From the NCBI GenBank assembly GCA_043228905.1, contig JBHGNT010000003.1, positions 15,996,001-16,060,000 of the forward strand: DNA of 64,000 bases. Reading direction: 5' to 3'. Shown here one piece after another: positions 26,203 to 40,000 of the stretch. A model generated the notes under the pieces. The model worked only from the letters and a program-made list of their open reading frames with translations, made no database searches and was not told where the DNA came from. The position numbers and the translations under genes are program-made. Numbering within the stretch: position 1 is the stretch's first letter; each line of letters begins with the position of its first letter. The DNA is from Azolla caroliniana (taxonomy: Eukaryota; Plantae; Polypodiophyta).

Positions 26203-29200
26203 TGATGGAAAATAATCGAACCTTTCCAAACTTCACCTCTCGGCCACAACCAAGGAAAACACACGAATCGTTGTTGCAGAAAATGGGAAATGCAAAAGTA
26301 AATGAGTGGACACACGATTTAACGTGGAAAACCCTGTACGGGAAAAACCACGGGAGTACAAGACTCCTAACCAAAGCTATGCACAGAGAAATATACAATG
26401 GCGAGCTGCAAGGCGACGACCTTGAGCTCGCTATCCTCGCCACAGGCGGCGGAATTACACAGAGGCGTCGACCTCTTCCTCTCTCACACTCTATCTCACT
26501 CACGGCTGCTCTCTCTTCACTCCTCTCGAGTGGAAAAACAGAAAAATAAGAAGCAACATAAAAAACTATTTGCCCTAAGTCATATTTATACACATATGAC
26601 TTTGGGGCTATTTACAACTATAGCCTCAAGGGCCCTTAGCAAACATATTCACGGATATGTCCCCGCATCCGGATCTCTCTCCGGGTACATTCGTCATCCG
26701 GCTCCGAAGCCGGGGTCTTCATCATCCGGTTCCGAAACCGAAACCGGGCTCGTCGGCATTCATCTCCGACATCCGACCATCCCATCCGAAGGGACCGTAA
26801 TCCCAACAAACTCCCCCTTCACTTCGGCATGGGATGTCTTTCCAATCCGATCCTCTTCCGGCATGCTTCCAGCTTGTCGGGTGTGAGCACCTTGGTCAAC
26901 ATATCCGACCCGTTCTCGTCCGTGTGGACCTTCGTCAGCACGAACTCCTTGTCTTCTATTCTTTCCCGGATCTAGTGATATCTTCGCTGGATGTGCTTCG
27001 TCCGGGAGTGATAGGCCGCGTTCTTCGCAAGGTGGATTGCACTCTGACTGTCGCAGTAGAGTCGGTACTCCTCCTGCCGGATACCGAGCTCTCTAATGAA
27101 GTCCTTCATCCATATTATTTCCTTGCCGGCTTCAACAGCCGCCATGTACTCCGCCTCCGTGGTTGACAACGCAACCGTCTTCTGCAGCCTCGACTGCCAT
27201 GAAACAGCTCCCCCTGCATACGTCATCACATACCCTGATGTGGACCGGCTGGTATCTGCATCAGCCGACATATCCGAATCGGTGAAGCCGTCGAGTTCGG
27301 GCTTACCGGAGCCGAATCGGAGGCACACGTTTGCCGTGCCCTTCAGGTATCGGAGTATCCACTTGGCCGCGTTCCAATGCTCTTTGCCGGGATTGCTCAT
27401 GTACCGGCTCACCACTCCGACTGCGTATCCAATGTCCGGTCTTGTACACACCATTGCGTACATCAAGCTTCCGACGGCAGAGGCATATGGCACTTTCATC
27501 ATGTCCTCCTTCTCAGCCTTTGTCTTGGGGCTTTGCTTGCTGGACAGCTTGCAGTTTGCCGGGAGGGTCGATCCGACCGGTCTTGCTTCCGACATGTTGA
27601 ACCGTTTAAGCACCTTTGTCACGTACTTCTCCTGTGACAGCCACAACTGCTTCTTGCTCCGGTCCCGGATGATGTGCATCCCTAGTATTTGCCTCGCCGG
27701 ACCCAGGTCCTTCATTGAGAAGGTTCGGTGAAGAGCCTTCTTCAGCATCCGTATCTTGACCTGGTCTCGTCCGACGATCAACATGTCGTCCACGTACAGG
27801 AGGAGTATTAGAAAGTCTCCTCCTTCAAACTTCTTCACAAACACGCAGTGGTCGGACTGCGTTTTGAGGTACCCTTCATCGGTCATGAAAGAGTCGAACT
27901 TCCGGTACCATTGCCGGGGAGCCTGCTTCAGTCCGTAAAGGCTCTTCTTCAACCGGCATACCAGGTGCTCCTTCCCTTCCTTCTCGAATCCTTCCGGTTG
28001 CTGCATGTAGATCTCTTCTTCGAGGTCACCGTGAAGGAATGCCGTCTTCACGTCCATCTGTTCTACCTCGAGGTCCATGCTTGCCGCTATGCTCAGCACC
28101 GTCCGGATGGAGGTCATCTTCACTACCGGGGCAAATATCTCGTCGAAGTCGACGCCCTTCTTCTGCTGAAACCCCTTCACCACGATCCTGGCTTTGTATC
28201 TCGGGGGGTTTCCGGCATCTCCCGGTTTCAGCTTGAACACCCACTTGTTTCGAAGTGCCCGCTTTCCTTTCGGAAACTCCACAAGTTCATATGTGTGGTT
28301 CTCATGCAGGGAATCCATCTCGTCCTGCATGGCACTCAACCACCTGCGGCTCTGGGTGTCATGCTTTGCTTCTTCAAAGCTCTCCGGCTCCCCCTCGTCG
28401 GTTAGCAGCACGTGCTCTGGTTCCGGAAATCTCCGGGGGGCCCTTCTCTCTCTTAGAGGATATCTCCGTTCCGGAGCTTCGGTAACCGGTTCTTCCGATT
28501 CTTCTTCATCCGAATCCATTTCGGGATCGGGGCCGGTTCCGGTATCATTTTCATCTTCTTCGGCCGGTTCTGTTTCTTCACCGTCTTCGGCCGGATCCTC
28601 GAGTGCTAACCGGTCCCTTGCCGGTCGGGACTGCTCCTCGTAGAGTTGATCCTCACCGGTCGACTTGGAGCCCTTCATCTTCTTCTCCGACTCCCAGTCG
28701 GCGAGTGTCTTGTTCTCCATGAAGATGATATCACGACTCCGGAATATCTTCTTGTCGACCGGGTCCCATACTCGGTAGCCGAACTCGTCATCGCCGTAAC
28801 CGAGGAATATGCATGGCCGGGTCTTTGGATCTAGCTTTCCTCTCCGGACCTTAGCCACATGCACATATGCGAGACACCCGAACACCTTCAGATGCCGGTA
28901 GGATACTTCCCTACCGGTCCACACTCTCTGCGGCGTGTCTCCGTCCAAAGGTACTGAGGGTGATCTGTTTATCACGTATGTCGCCGTCGACATTGCCTCA
29001 GCCCAAAACCCCTTGGGTAATTTCGCATGCGCCAGCATACTCCGGACCCTCTCCATTATGGTCCGGTTCATCCTCTCGGCCAGCCCGTTCAGTTCCGGCG
29101 TCTTCGGCACAGTAAACTCGAGCCGGATTCCCTTCGAGCGACAGTACTCCGCGAACTGCCCCCGGTATTCCCCTCCGTTATCCGCTCGTATCGCTTTCAG

Positions 29201-31540
29201 CTTCTTGCCGGATTCCCTTTCCACTCTCGCGTGGAGTTCTTTGAAGACGCACAACACTTGGTCCTTTGTCTTCAACGGTGCCGTCCACAGCTTCCGGCTG
29301 TGATCATCAATGAATGTTACGAAGTACTGGGCTCCGCCATGTGACTTCGTTTCTACCTGACACACATCAGTATGCACCAACTCCAATGGTGCGCTACGTC
29401 TCGTCGGTGGCCTTGAGTGGAAGGAGGTTCGGTTCTGTTTACCGGCCAGGCAATCGGTGCACTTCTCCAGGTGCACATGCTTCACTGGAATAAGGTTGTC
29501 TTCTGCAAGCCTCTTCATCCCCTTCTCACTCATGTGGCACAGTCTCTTGTGCCACAGCTCCCCGGCAGTGTCGGCTGCCACATTCAGCTCTTCCGGACAT
29601 AAACGGGCATTCATCAGGTACAGGGTGTTGACTTTCCGGGCCCGAGCCACTATCAGGCTCCCCTTGCTGAACTTCATTACGCCGTTCCGGATGCTACCTG
29701 TGTAGCCTTCATCGTCTAGCCTCCCGGCCGAAATCAGGTTCAATCGAACCTCCGGAACGTGTCGGACATCCTTCAGCAACATTTTGCATCCGGTCGGGGT
29801 TGTCAACCACACGTCTCCTATGCCGGCAATCCGGCACGTACCTTCATTTCCCATCCGAACACAGCCATGCTCACCGGCTGTGTAGGATGAGAAGTATCTT
29901 CTTTCCGGGGTCAGGTGGAACGATGCTCCGGAATCGACCACCCAGGTCGTCTCATCGCCGGCAATGTTTAGTTCACCTTCTTCGGTGATGAGCATGATTT
30001 CTTCCTCACTTGCCGCGAGTGCCGTCGTTCCTTTCCGGTCCTGCCCTCGCCGATCCGGACCTCTCCGGTCCGTGGCTCCCCGATATGCACCGTTTCTCTC
30101 CGGTGACTTCTTCGAATCGGTGTCGTCGGCTCCGTTGTCCTTTCGGTAATGCCGACAATTCTTCCGGAAGTGCCCCGGCTTCCCACAGTGGAAGCATGTG
30201 GGTCTTCCTCTTGACTGCGACCGGGTCCCCGACTTCTCCCGTCTTTGCGGACTCCGGTTCCATTGTCTTCCTCGTTCCGATTCGGTAAGCAGCGCCTTCG
30301 AGTCGGAGGCCGGTTCTTTATCTCTCCGACGCGCTTCTTCGTTCAAAATACTTGTCTTTACCGTTTGTAGGGACAAGTTATCTTCCGTGCAGGAGGTGCT
30401 GAGAGTCACCACCAAGTTCTCCCAGCTTTCCGGCAATGTACACATCAGAATGATGGCTTGCATTGCATCCTCCAGCGGGAACTTGATCGCCGCAAGCTGG
30501 TTCACGAATCCCATGAACGTGCTTACGTGTTCCACCATACTCTCGCCGTCCCGGTACTTGAGGTTCACTATCTTCCTCATCAGGGAGGTCCGGTTCAACG
30601 CATTCTTCCTCTCGTAGAGGCCCGACAGCTTCCGCCACATCTCATATGCGTTGATGTCGTTCGCCACATGTTGTAGAACGCTCACATCGACGTATTGCCA
30701 AATGGTTGCAACGGCTTTCCGGTTCAGAAGCCTCCATTCCGACTCAAGTACCTGTCAATCGGTTCGTTTCGGTATTTCCGACCTATCAATCGGTTCGTAC
30801 AGGTCCCGAACAATCAGAAGATCCTCCATCTTGATCTTCCAGTCGGCGTAATTCTGCGCATTCAGCACCATCATCCCCGGCTGCCCGCTGCCGCCGCCTT
30901 CCATTTTCTGCAGCAGTTCGCTCTGATACCAAATTGATGGAAAATAATCGAACCTTTCCAAACTTCACCTCTTGGCCACAACCAAGGAAAACACACGAAT
31001 CGTTGTTGCAGAAAATGGGAAATGCAAAAGTAAATGAGTGGACACACGATTTAACGTGGAAAACCCTGTACGGGAAAAACCACGGGAGTACAAGACTCCT
31101 AACCAAAGCTATGCACAGAGAAATATACAATGGCGAGCTGCAAGGCGACGACCTTGAGCTCGCTATCCTCGCCACAGGCGGCGGAATTACACAGAGGCGT
31201 CGACCTCTTCCTCTCTCACACTCTATCTCACTCACGGCTGCTCTCTCTTCACTCCTCTCGAGTGGAAAAACAGAAAAATAAGAAGCAACATAAAAAACTG
31301 TTTGCCCTAAGTCATATTTATACACATATGACTTTGGGGCTATTTACAACTATAGCCTCAAGGGCCCTTAGCAAACATATTCACGGATATGTCCCCGCAT
31401 CCGGATCTCTCTCCGGGTACATTCGTCATCCGGCTCCGAAGCCGGGGTCTTCATCATCCGGTTCCGAAACCGAAACCGGGCTCGTCGGCATTCATCTCCG
31501 ACATCCGACCATCCCATCCGAAGGAACCGTAATCCCAACA
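26203..31540 (-). mobile_element. Very young full-length Tork/Tnt1-like Copia element
   Basis: 606-bp LTRs (26203-26808, 30935-31540) with 3 differences by eye. TSD CAGGA. iMet PBS GCTCTGATACCA at 30920-30931. PPT GAAGGGGGAG at 26811-26820. Confidence 0.97.
26819..30904 (-). pseudogene. gag-pol: Copia gag-pol polyprotein (1361 codons, gag-PR-INT-RT-RH) with two in-frame stops
   Basis: CFHCGKPGHFRKNC, WVVDSGAS, LWHKRLCH, HTDV/ADNGGEY/GLAERMNRT, QMDVKTAFLHG, YVDDM, FTDSD, STTEAEY. Stops at 30755-30757 (TGA) and 26972-26974 (TAG from TGG). The open segment 26972-30685 encodes 1237 aa. Confidence 0.93.
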
Positions 31541-34500
31541 CAGGAGGATGCGGAAATCTCCTTCGTCGAATTTCTTCACAAATACGTAGTGATCGGCCTG
31601 TGTTTGTGGTACTAGTTGTCGGTCATATAGGATTCGAATTTTCGGTACCATTGTCGAGGTTCTTACTTCAGCCCGTACATGCTCTTCCTTAGTCGGCATA
31701 CCAAGTTCTCTTTACCTTTCTCCACAAATCCTTCCAGCTAGTGCATATAGATCTCCTCTTCGAGATCACCGTGCAAATATTTCATTATAATTGACACCCT
31801 TCTTCTACTTAAAGCCTTTCACGAAGATTCGTGCTTTGTACCTGGGTGGATTCCTGCCATCTCCCGCCTTTAACTGTTATACCCATTTATTCCGAAGTGC
31901 CTTCTTTCCTCTCGTCAGTTCGGTCAGTGCATATGTGTGGTTCTCATGCAAAGAATCCATCTCCTCTTGGATGACACTCAACCACTTTCGGTTGTGGGTA
32001 TCTTCCTTGGCTTCTTCAAAGCTTTCCGGCTCCCCCTCATCAGTTAGCAGTACACGCTTGGGGGGTATCTTCTTCGACTTTTTCGGCCAATTCGAATTCA
32101 ATTCCTTGTTCAACCATTTCCCCTCGTTCTTCAGTCAGTTCTCGATTTTGCTGAGTATTAACTCGGTCAACTGGCTCAGATTTGATTTCGACCGAATCGG
32201 CTTCTACTCAATTTGGCCAAGCGTCGAGTTGGTTCGATTTGGTAGTTGGAGACTTATTGTCAATCTCCCAGTCAACTATTGTCTTTTCCTCCATGAAGAC
32301 AATGTCGCGGCTTGTAATCACTTTCTTCTCGGCAAAGTCCCATAACCGATAGCCAAATTCATCGTTGCCGTAGCCGAGAAATATGCATGGCCGAGATTTC
32401 GGGTCCAACTTCCCCCTATGGTCCTTTGCCACATTCACATAAGTAAGACAACGGAATACCCTCAAATGTCGATACGATACGTCTTTGCCACTCCACACCC
32501 TTTGTGGAATATCATCATCCAAGGGTATTAAGGGTGATCGGTTTATCACATACGTTGCCGTCATCAGCGCCTCAGCCCAGAACATCTTCGGTAACTTAGC
32601 ATGTGCAAGCATACTTCAGACCCTTTCCATTACAGTCCGGTTCATTCTTTTCGGCACGGTATACTCGAGTTGGATTCCTTGATTTCGGCAATATTCCTTG
32701 AACGGTCCACGGTACTCTCTGCCATTGTCCGCTCGGACTGCCTTTAGTTTTCGGCCAGTTTCTCTCTCGGCCCTCTCTTGGAACTCATTGAAGACGGATA
32801 ACACTTGATCCTTCGTCTTCAGCATGGAAGTTCACAACTTCAGTCTACAATCATCAATGAAGGTCACGAAATACTGTGAACCACCATGCGACTTCATGTC
32901 CACATATCATACATTCGTATCCATGAGTTCCAGTGTCATTTTCTTCCTCATCGAGGGCCTTTCTCGAAAGGATGTTCGATTCTGCTTGCTGGCCAAGCAA
33001 TCAATGCACTTCTGAAGTTGCATGTTCTTCACCTCCGGAATGAGATTGTCCTCAGCAAGCTTTCGCATCCCCTTCTGGCTCATATGGCACAACCTTATGT
33101 GCCACAGTTCACCGACCGTGTCGGCTACCACATTTGCTTCCCCTCGGCATATTCGAGCATTCATTATGTACAATGTGTTGGTATTCCGAGCTCGAGCCAC
33201 GATCAGGCTTCCTTAGTAGAACTTCATGACACCGTTCCGAATGCCAACGTGTAGCCTTCATCATCTATCTAATCAACTGATATTAGGTTCAATCGAATCT
33301 CCGAAAAGTGTCGTACATCTCTCAACACGAATCTGCACCCGGTTGAGGTTTCCAAACACACATCTCCAATGCCGATCATTTGGCATGCTCCTTCATTTCC
33401 CATCTTTACAGATCGGAGATCTTTGACTTTGTAGGATGAGAAGCACTTTCGGTTAGGGGTTAGGTGAAATGACACACCCGAATCGACCACCCATGTTGAT
33501 TCTTCGCCTACGACATTCACTTCATTTTGTTCACAAATCAGCAACAACTCCTTCTCACTCGCGGCGATTGCTGAGGTGTCCTTTCTGTCCGGGATTTTCT
33601 TCGGCTCTATACCATCAGCTCCCCTTTTCTCCTTTCAAAAGTGTCGGTAATTTTTTTATAAGTGCCCCGACTATTGACAATAGAAGCACGAGGGTCTCAC
33701 CCTCAACTTCAACCTGGTCCCTGACTTATCTTGGTTCTGGGGACTTCGAATTCATCCTCTTCCATGAATCGTGTCGCCTTCCGTGACTAAGGCCTTCTGG
33801 TCGGTATTGGACTCATGGTCCTTTCAGCGAGCTTCTTCATTCAGCAAGCTCAACTTCACCTACTCTAGGGATAGATGCTTCCCTTCCGGCCCGACGTTGC
33901 CCAAAGTGACAACAAGAGTCTCCTAGGGGTCCAGAAGGGATCCCAACAACAATAGTGCTAATACCTCGTCGGCTAAAGGTACTTCTAGAGATGTGGTTTG
34001 GTTCATCAACCCTTGGAAGGCATTGATGTGCTTCACCATACTGGAGCCATCCTGATACCAAAGTCTTACGATTTTTCGAAATACGAAGACTTAGTTCACG
34101 ACGTTCTTGTTTTCGAACATGCCGCCGATCTTCTTCCATAGGACGCTTGCTTCTCTTTCTTCGCCGAAGTTGTTATATACACTCATGTCTATAAAACACC
34201 TTATATATGAGGCCGCCTTCAGTTGCAACACTTTCCAAGTCGTTGCATTGATCTTGTCTGGTCTTTTATCTCCGAACTACAACCGCAACTAGAGGTCTTT
34301 GCACACAAGCGTGTCTCTCATCTTCAACTTCCACACTGAGTAGTTTGAGCCAGCTAGCTTAAAGATGCTGCCGAACGAGTCTTCCATCGCTTTAATACCA
34401 CTTTATTAGGAATCGACTAGCCACAACCAGTTACATGATCGTATTTGTGTGCAGAAACCAAGAATTAGTACACAGACAGAAAAACGTGAAGACACAGAGA

Positions 34501-36516
34501 CACCAATATTTTACGGGGAAAACCCAAAATGGGAAAAACCACACGGGTTCACAAACCTCGATAAAAAACAGATCACTATAGTAGAGAGGAAGTACAAATA
34601 CGGAACTCGGAGGCAACGACCTCGAGTTCTCCTTCGTTTGACAGACAACTACAGAGTTACACGCTCACTCTCTGACTCATGGTTACAGAGGCAACTATCT
34701 TGTTCTAACTTTACAATAATGATTAACTACACATCTATAAAGTTTGCCCTAGTTGCTAATAAACAAAAGCAACTACCTGGCTATTTACAAGTATAGCTCA
34801 CAAGGGGCATTTTCGACTATTTACAATTATAGTCTTCCAAAACGATTTCGGTTTCGATTTTCAATTTCAATTTCGGTTTCTATTTTCGATACTCACCAAA
34901 ATGGTACTTCTCTTCTCATCCGTAGGGACATGTTTCCCAACAATTTTGGGAGTTGTGAAGCTCAAACCAAGGTAGACCGAGGATAATCGGATTCTCAAGG
35001 CTATGTATGATATTGAATGAGATGACACAAGGTAAATCACTGAGAACTACACGAACTGGTTTAGAATCTTCAGTTATGTCTCCAGAGGCAATGGGTCAAC
35101 CATCTATGATTGTGACTAATATTGGACAATGAATGATTTTAATAAGATATTATGTCACGGAAAAATTTTGGTCCATGAAACAAGAGTTGGCCCCTGAATC
35201 TAAGAGAGCATATGTGAAGACCTAATGACATCTAGAGTTACTAAGCTCCACTTGTGCCGCAAAAACCCTATTAACTTGGTTCAATGAAATGGAACCATTA
35301 CTATGGACTGAGTCTACAAATTCTAGGTTATCCAACCAAATGGTTAGACCTATTTTGGTTGGATTTACTCGTTTAACACCTCATCTAGTTGGTTAAATAC
35401 TTCAAAACAATTTGAAGCTGTAAAGCTACTAGGATTGCGATGCATTTGGAGAATCGAGATCCAATTTAGTACTAGCATTTACTTGGTAAACATGACGCCT
35501 AGGGTGATGAGGACAATTTATTGCTATATGTCCTAGACCACCACAATATAAACATAGGCGGTTTGCCTGGCGTCTCTGCTTTTCAGCTTATGTTAAAAGG
35601 CCCTCGACAACGTGTAGAATCGATTTCCATTGGACTAGGGCCACTTATTGGGGTAGAAATAGGGACCTGCATAGTTCTAGATGTAGGTAGTGATGTCACC
35701 GACGCATATGTCTGCTCTGATCGAGGTCGAGACCACTGTTGACGCTCAGAGCATCGCTCGAATAATCGATTGTCACATCGTACAACTCGACTAATCGCCT
35801 CAGTAAGAGATTTAGGATCTTCATGAAAAGTGAGAAGCAAGTCTTTCACATCATTACGAAGTCATTGTCGAAATTCATCCATCAATGCCTCTTCGTCCCA
35901 AGGAATTTCACATGCAAGAGAAGGCGAAAATCAGTTGCATAGGCTGAGGCTCGACGATCCCCTTGTCGTAATCTTCGAATCTTATTAATAGTTGTTCTCA
36001 TGCTATCGGTATCTCCAAAACAATCTTGGAACTCTTTCTCGAGTAACGACGCAAACCAAGCCAATGCTGTACCAGTCAATAGAGTCCCAACCACCCTACT
36101 CGTGCCGAATCTATTGGATATCGAGGGAGATGCATTTGAAATAATAGACGTACCTTATTTAGAAATCCTCGAAATTGTGATCGAGTATCATCAAAATCCG
36201 ATGGGAGACTTATCTTGGGTTCTGTTGTCAAATTTGGTGCTTGTAATGCTTGTTGTCGCAATGTTATTAGTGCCACTTCAAGTTGATGAATCCTTTGAGT
36301 TAATTCTTCATGTTGCTGAGCTTTCTCTACATTCACTTGTTGTAAATCCCCGAGAAACCTTTGATTCTCTTGCTCTAAGGCCATGAACTTAGTGCTAAAG
36401 CAATCAAGATCACCTAGAACGCGCATATATTCTTGTTCACTTACTGCTCCCATGGTTATGAGAAGATAGGATGAGAGGTTCCTTGGAAAAGAAATTTACA
36501 ATGAAGAAGGTTAGGG

Positions 36517-36528
36517 ATTCCGGTTCAA
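36517..36528 (-). promoter_or_regulatory. Self-priming PBS (complementary to the predicted transcript 5' end in the LTR)
   Basis: Element-strand TTGAACCGGAAT, 2 nt from the 5' LTR, is the reverse complement of LTR ATTCCGGTTCAA (7966-7977 exact; 36698-36709 one mismatch), which lies ~32 nt after TATATAAA. Confidence 0.85.
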
Positions 36529-36530
36529 AC

Positions 36531-37017
36531 TGTCTGGGCCATGGCCAAAGACAAGTTTAAAATAAAGACAACAATGAGAAGTAGAAAATACGAAAGGAAG
36601 TAGAGAGAAATAAGATGTTGAAAATGTATTAGCAATGACTACAAGGATTACAATAGAATTGAGAATAAGGGTTACAAGAGTATGCTGAAGACTAGCGTTG
36701 AACCAGAATGGTTCATCAAAACTTCGATACATGTTTATATAGCATGTTTTGGATACATGCATGCTCGCCTCCTCATAGGCACGCATGATCACCATTTAGC
36801 ATTCATGCAAGCATGACACTTGGTAATCATGTGTTAGCCTATGCAGTGGCGACGTTTCATAGTATTATATATGTTTCATCCTAATCTATTATAAATAGAA
36901 TTGACAACACATGTAATATGACATATCCTAGTGGTTGAAGCTACACAACATTTTTGAGGAGGTCATGGGTTTGAATCTCTGTTATGAGTCTTGGAGTTTA
37001 TGTATATTTTCATGACA
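36531..37017 (-). repeat. 5' LTR of the old chromovirus
   Basis: TGTC...TGACA, homologous to 7799-8163 + 12965-13090, followed by TSD CTTTT. Confidence 0.92.
36924..36978 (+). other. tRNA-derived A/B-box module in LTR U3 (degenerate)
   Basis: TATCCTAGTGG-33 nt-GGTTTGAATCT, with an AGGTC motif. Confidence 0.55.
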
Positions 37018-40000
37018 CTTTTGTCCATTGTAGCCAAACCCATAATGTGACAAATCTTCCTTTCATGGTTCTAGATTATAGATGGCTATGTACATCCATA
37101 TAATCATTGGAGTATTAAAACTTCTCATTCTCAATAGGGGATGAACTCTTGGTTTTTTCTTTATGTATCACATCATGACTATTGTAAATGACTCTTGCAA
37201 TCGTGTCTTCATGAGATATTGACTTATCCCCATTCACAAGTATACCTTCTTTTCATATCTCAATGAACAAGAAATGTGAGTGAATAGAGTGACTCTGTAG
37301 GAAGTAAGCTTTAGAGAGATGAACCGCTCCATCAGACCTGCCTCTACATCAGCGCACACGACCAAGGATGCCGCCGCTCTTACGGCTACCTCTACAAGTG
37401 TAGACGTAGGTCTGCCTCACACTTGACCTCTTCAAGCTGCCTCTCATCATGCTTCCTTACCTTCCTCTTCTCACACTCCCTTACTTTCCTCTCCCCATGA
37501 ATCCTTACCTTCATTTGTTGCGGCTACGAGAACAACCACCACATGTATGACTGATCTGACAACATGCAAATAGGGGAATAAGACAATGGTGTTGCTTGCA
37601 TATTCACTTGTTACTCTAGCACCAAGTGGACAGACAATTCTAGCCGCTAAGATTGTCGCGTCAAGGTCACCGGAGGGATCATCTGTTGAAGGAAAGTGTA
37701 GGATTGGAAGAGACAACAAGCAACCAGAAGTGGCAAGAACATTGCTTAATGGGGTTGTAGGTGTTGGTTCGATGAACATTGATGCAGGTTCAAGACAGGA
37801 ACAATCACCACAAGGTCGCGATCAACTTTATCGGGATGCCAATGTAGGTAACCTAGATGCAACTCCTATTTCGGACAATGTGGTTGAACTCCTGTTATCG
37901 GAACAAGATAGGATTCATATCTTGCGAGAGATTCAAGTGATGGAAAGGCGGATGATCATTTCACGTGTGTTGGGGATTCGTCTGTTGCGTGCTGATTTGC
38001 ATTTATTGCTGCAAGCTGCTTTAAAATAGGATGTTGACAATATTGTGGATGTGCACATGTTAGGAAGGAACTGCTACTCGAGTTTGAATTAGATCGAATG
38101 GTGTCATTTATGTTAGAAAGGAAAACTATCGTAGTCCAGGGAGGATGGGTTTCTTTTCACAAATGGATTTAGAATTTCTTGGCAAACCAGGTACACCATG
38201 AACTTGACTCTCTTTATACATGTATGTTGGTTCTCCCGAACTTGCATAAAGAATGGATAAATTCTATCGCTTTAATTGCTACTATGATTGGTACAATATT
38301 AGAGGTATATGATAAGCCACGAAAAGAAGGAGACAAAATGTTAGGTGCTATGTCAGCTAAGATTCTGGTTGCTAAGGCTAAGGTATTGTCGTCTCACATT
38401 CTGTTGCCAAATTTGTTGGACTCAACGCAATCTCCGTATTCTCAGAAAATCATGTATCAAGGTCTGCCCAATCAATGTTTTTGGTGTTTCAAGTTTGGCC
38501 ATTTGGCCAAACATTGTCCTAAGTTTCATAATGCCTCTCATATAGTGGAGTCCTCTATAACCATTATTCCATACAAGGCCTCATCTCAGGGATGGACTAT
38601 AGTAGGGAATAGGAAAACATCTCGACCAAGTAAAACTCAACAAGTATAGCCTAATAACCTTCAAGAATTTCCACCCCTTCAAAATAAATATACAAAACTT
38701 TAGGCAGATGATGAGGATCCTCAAGTGCCACTTGTTAGAGGTTCATTGATCTCATCAAAGACTGATACATGTCCCCCAATGACAACAATGTCTTCTAAGT
38801 CATCTTTTCGGTTGATAGAGGGTCAACCACCTATCAAAATTATACAGGGATCTCAATTGAGTTTTCCTATTAAAAAAATCTCGCCAAATAAATTGAAACA
38901 TAAGGAAGATGACATGGAGTTTGAAATAGCTCAGCGAGGAAAGATAGAGCTACAAGGGCAATAGAAGATGGTGGCTGACACTATCCAACGATGGGAGGAA
39001 GCTACACCTATAACTACAACTGATAATAACAATGGAAAAACTCTTCATGAGAAAAAGGAAACAATGGAAGTAGAATTGTTATTGATAGAGAAAGAGGGCA
39101 ATGGTTTCAAGTTTGGATCCTCGAAGGATATGGCAACAAGCCAGGTGTTTGATAAGGCTGTGAAAGAGCACAAAGTTCATAAGTATGCAGGGAAGGACTT
39201 GCTAACAAAACGACAAATCCACACTCGAGAGGGTGCTCAGAAGAGTCGTCAAGATGTTCTCTTTGAGAAATGGACATCTTCAAATCATATGTAGTATGGA
39301 CAAGTTAAATATCCTTTCCTGGAACGTGCAAGGCCTAGGGGTTCAAGCCTTTCCTAGATTTAAAGGAATTATACGAGCAGATCTATATACACCTAATGTT
39401 GGTGCTATTGATATTCCTTTTTTGCAAGAACATCACTTGTTTGATGATAGGCTACAAAGTTATGGTTCCATCTTGCCAGGGAGATGGATACATTTCTGGG
39501 TCCCAGCAATCAGTCCAAATGGTAGACAAGTTGGTTTATGTATGACTATTAAAGACCAATGGGCATCCATCATAGTCTCGGCAGGTACTATTTTGAATAG
39601 AAGGGCGCGATTTCTTATTCTTCTAATAGGACCTCAAAAGACTGCTATTATAAATCTATATTCTTTTAACTGAGCCTCAAAAAGAGCTTCCTTTTGGATT
39701 GCTCTATCGGAATACGCCGGATTAGCGGATTCTTGGCTTGTGGGTGGTGACTTTAACATGATTGAAGAAGCATTTGATGGAAGCGGAGGCTCAATCAGTA
39801 CAATTACAGGCCGCGAAGCTAGAGCTTGGGATTCCTTCTGTTTCTCTTTTGGTTTATTGGACCTATGGAATATTCACTCCATTCTTCGAATGCAAGGCTC
39901 TCTTGGGCACGATTGGATAGGTTCTATGCTAGTAGCTTTTTTGGGAAGCTTCTGGACCTTTGGGGATTATTACTGGGATAGTAACTTCTGATCATTATCC

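Larger units (their letters stand above)
19948..34942 (-). mobile_element. Degenerate Tork-like Copia hosting two nested elements
   Basis: LTRs 19948-~20424 (U3 end and PPT deleted) and 34404-34942. Degenerate iMet PBS GCTTTAATACCA at 34389-34400. TSD AATTT/ATTTT splits the host Gypsy codons LGLPWFELHN|..WR. Pol fragments at 20424-21105, 26019-26202 and 31541-33550; gag to ~34387. Confidence 0.85.
7799..37017 (-). mobile_element. Old Ty3/Gypsy chromovirus (Tcn1/Tf1-sushi-like), full extent, heavily nested
   Basis: 3' LTR 7799-13090 (split by a Copia) and 5' LTR 36531-37017, termini TGTC..TGACA. TSD CTTTT at 7794-7798 and 37018-37022. PPT TTATCCCCTTCCTT at 13091-13104. INT-chromodomain 13224-14336, RH 14541-15083, RT 15331-15930, spacer 19740-19947, PR 34948-35300, gag with CCHC knuckle 35510-36453. 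Confidence 0.93.

Noticed and set aside
26202-26886. ORFs duplicated at 26202-26886 and 30934-31615
   Set aside because: Chance ORFs within the two near-identical LTRs.
27096-30617. Many overlapping plus-strand ORFs
   Set aside because: Shadow ORFs of a GC-rich gag-pol.
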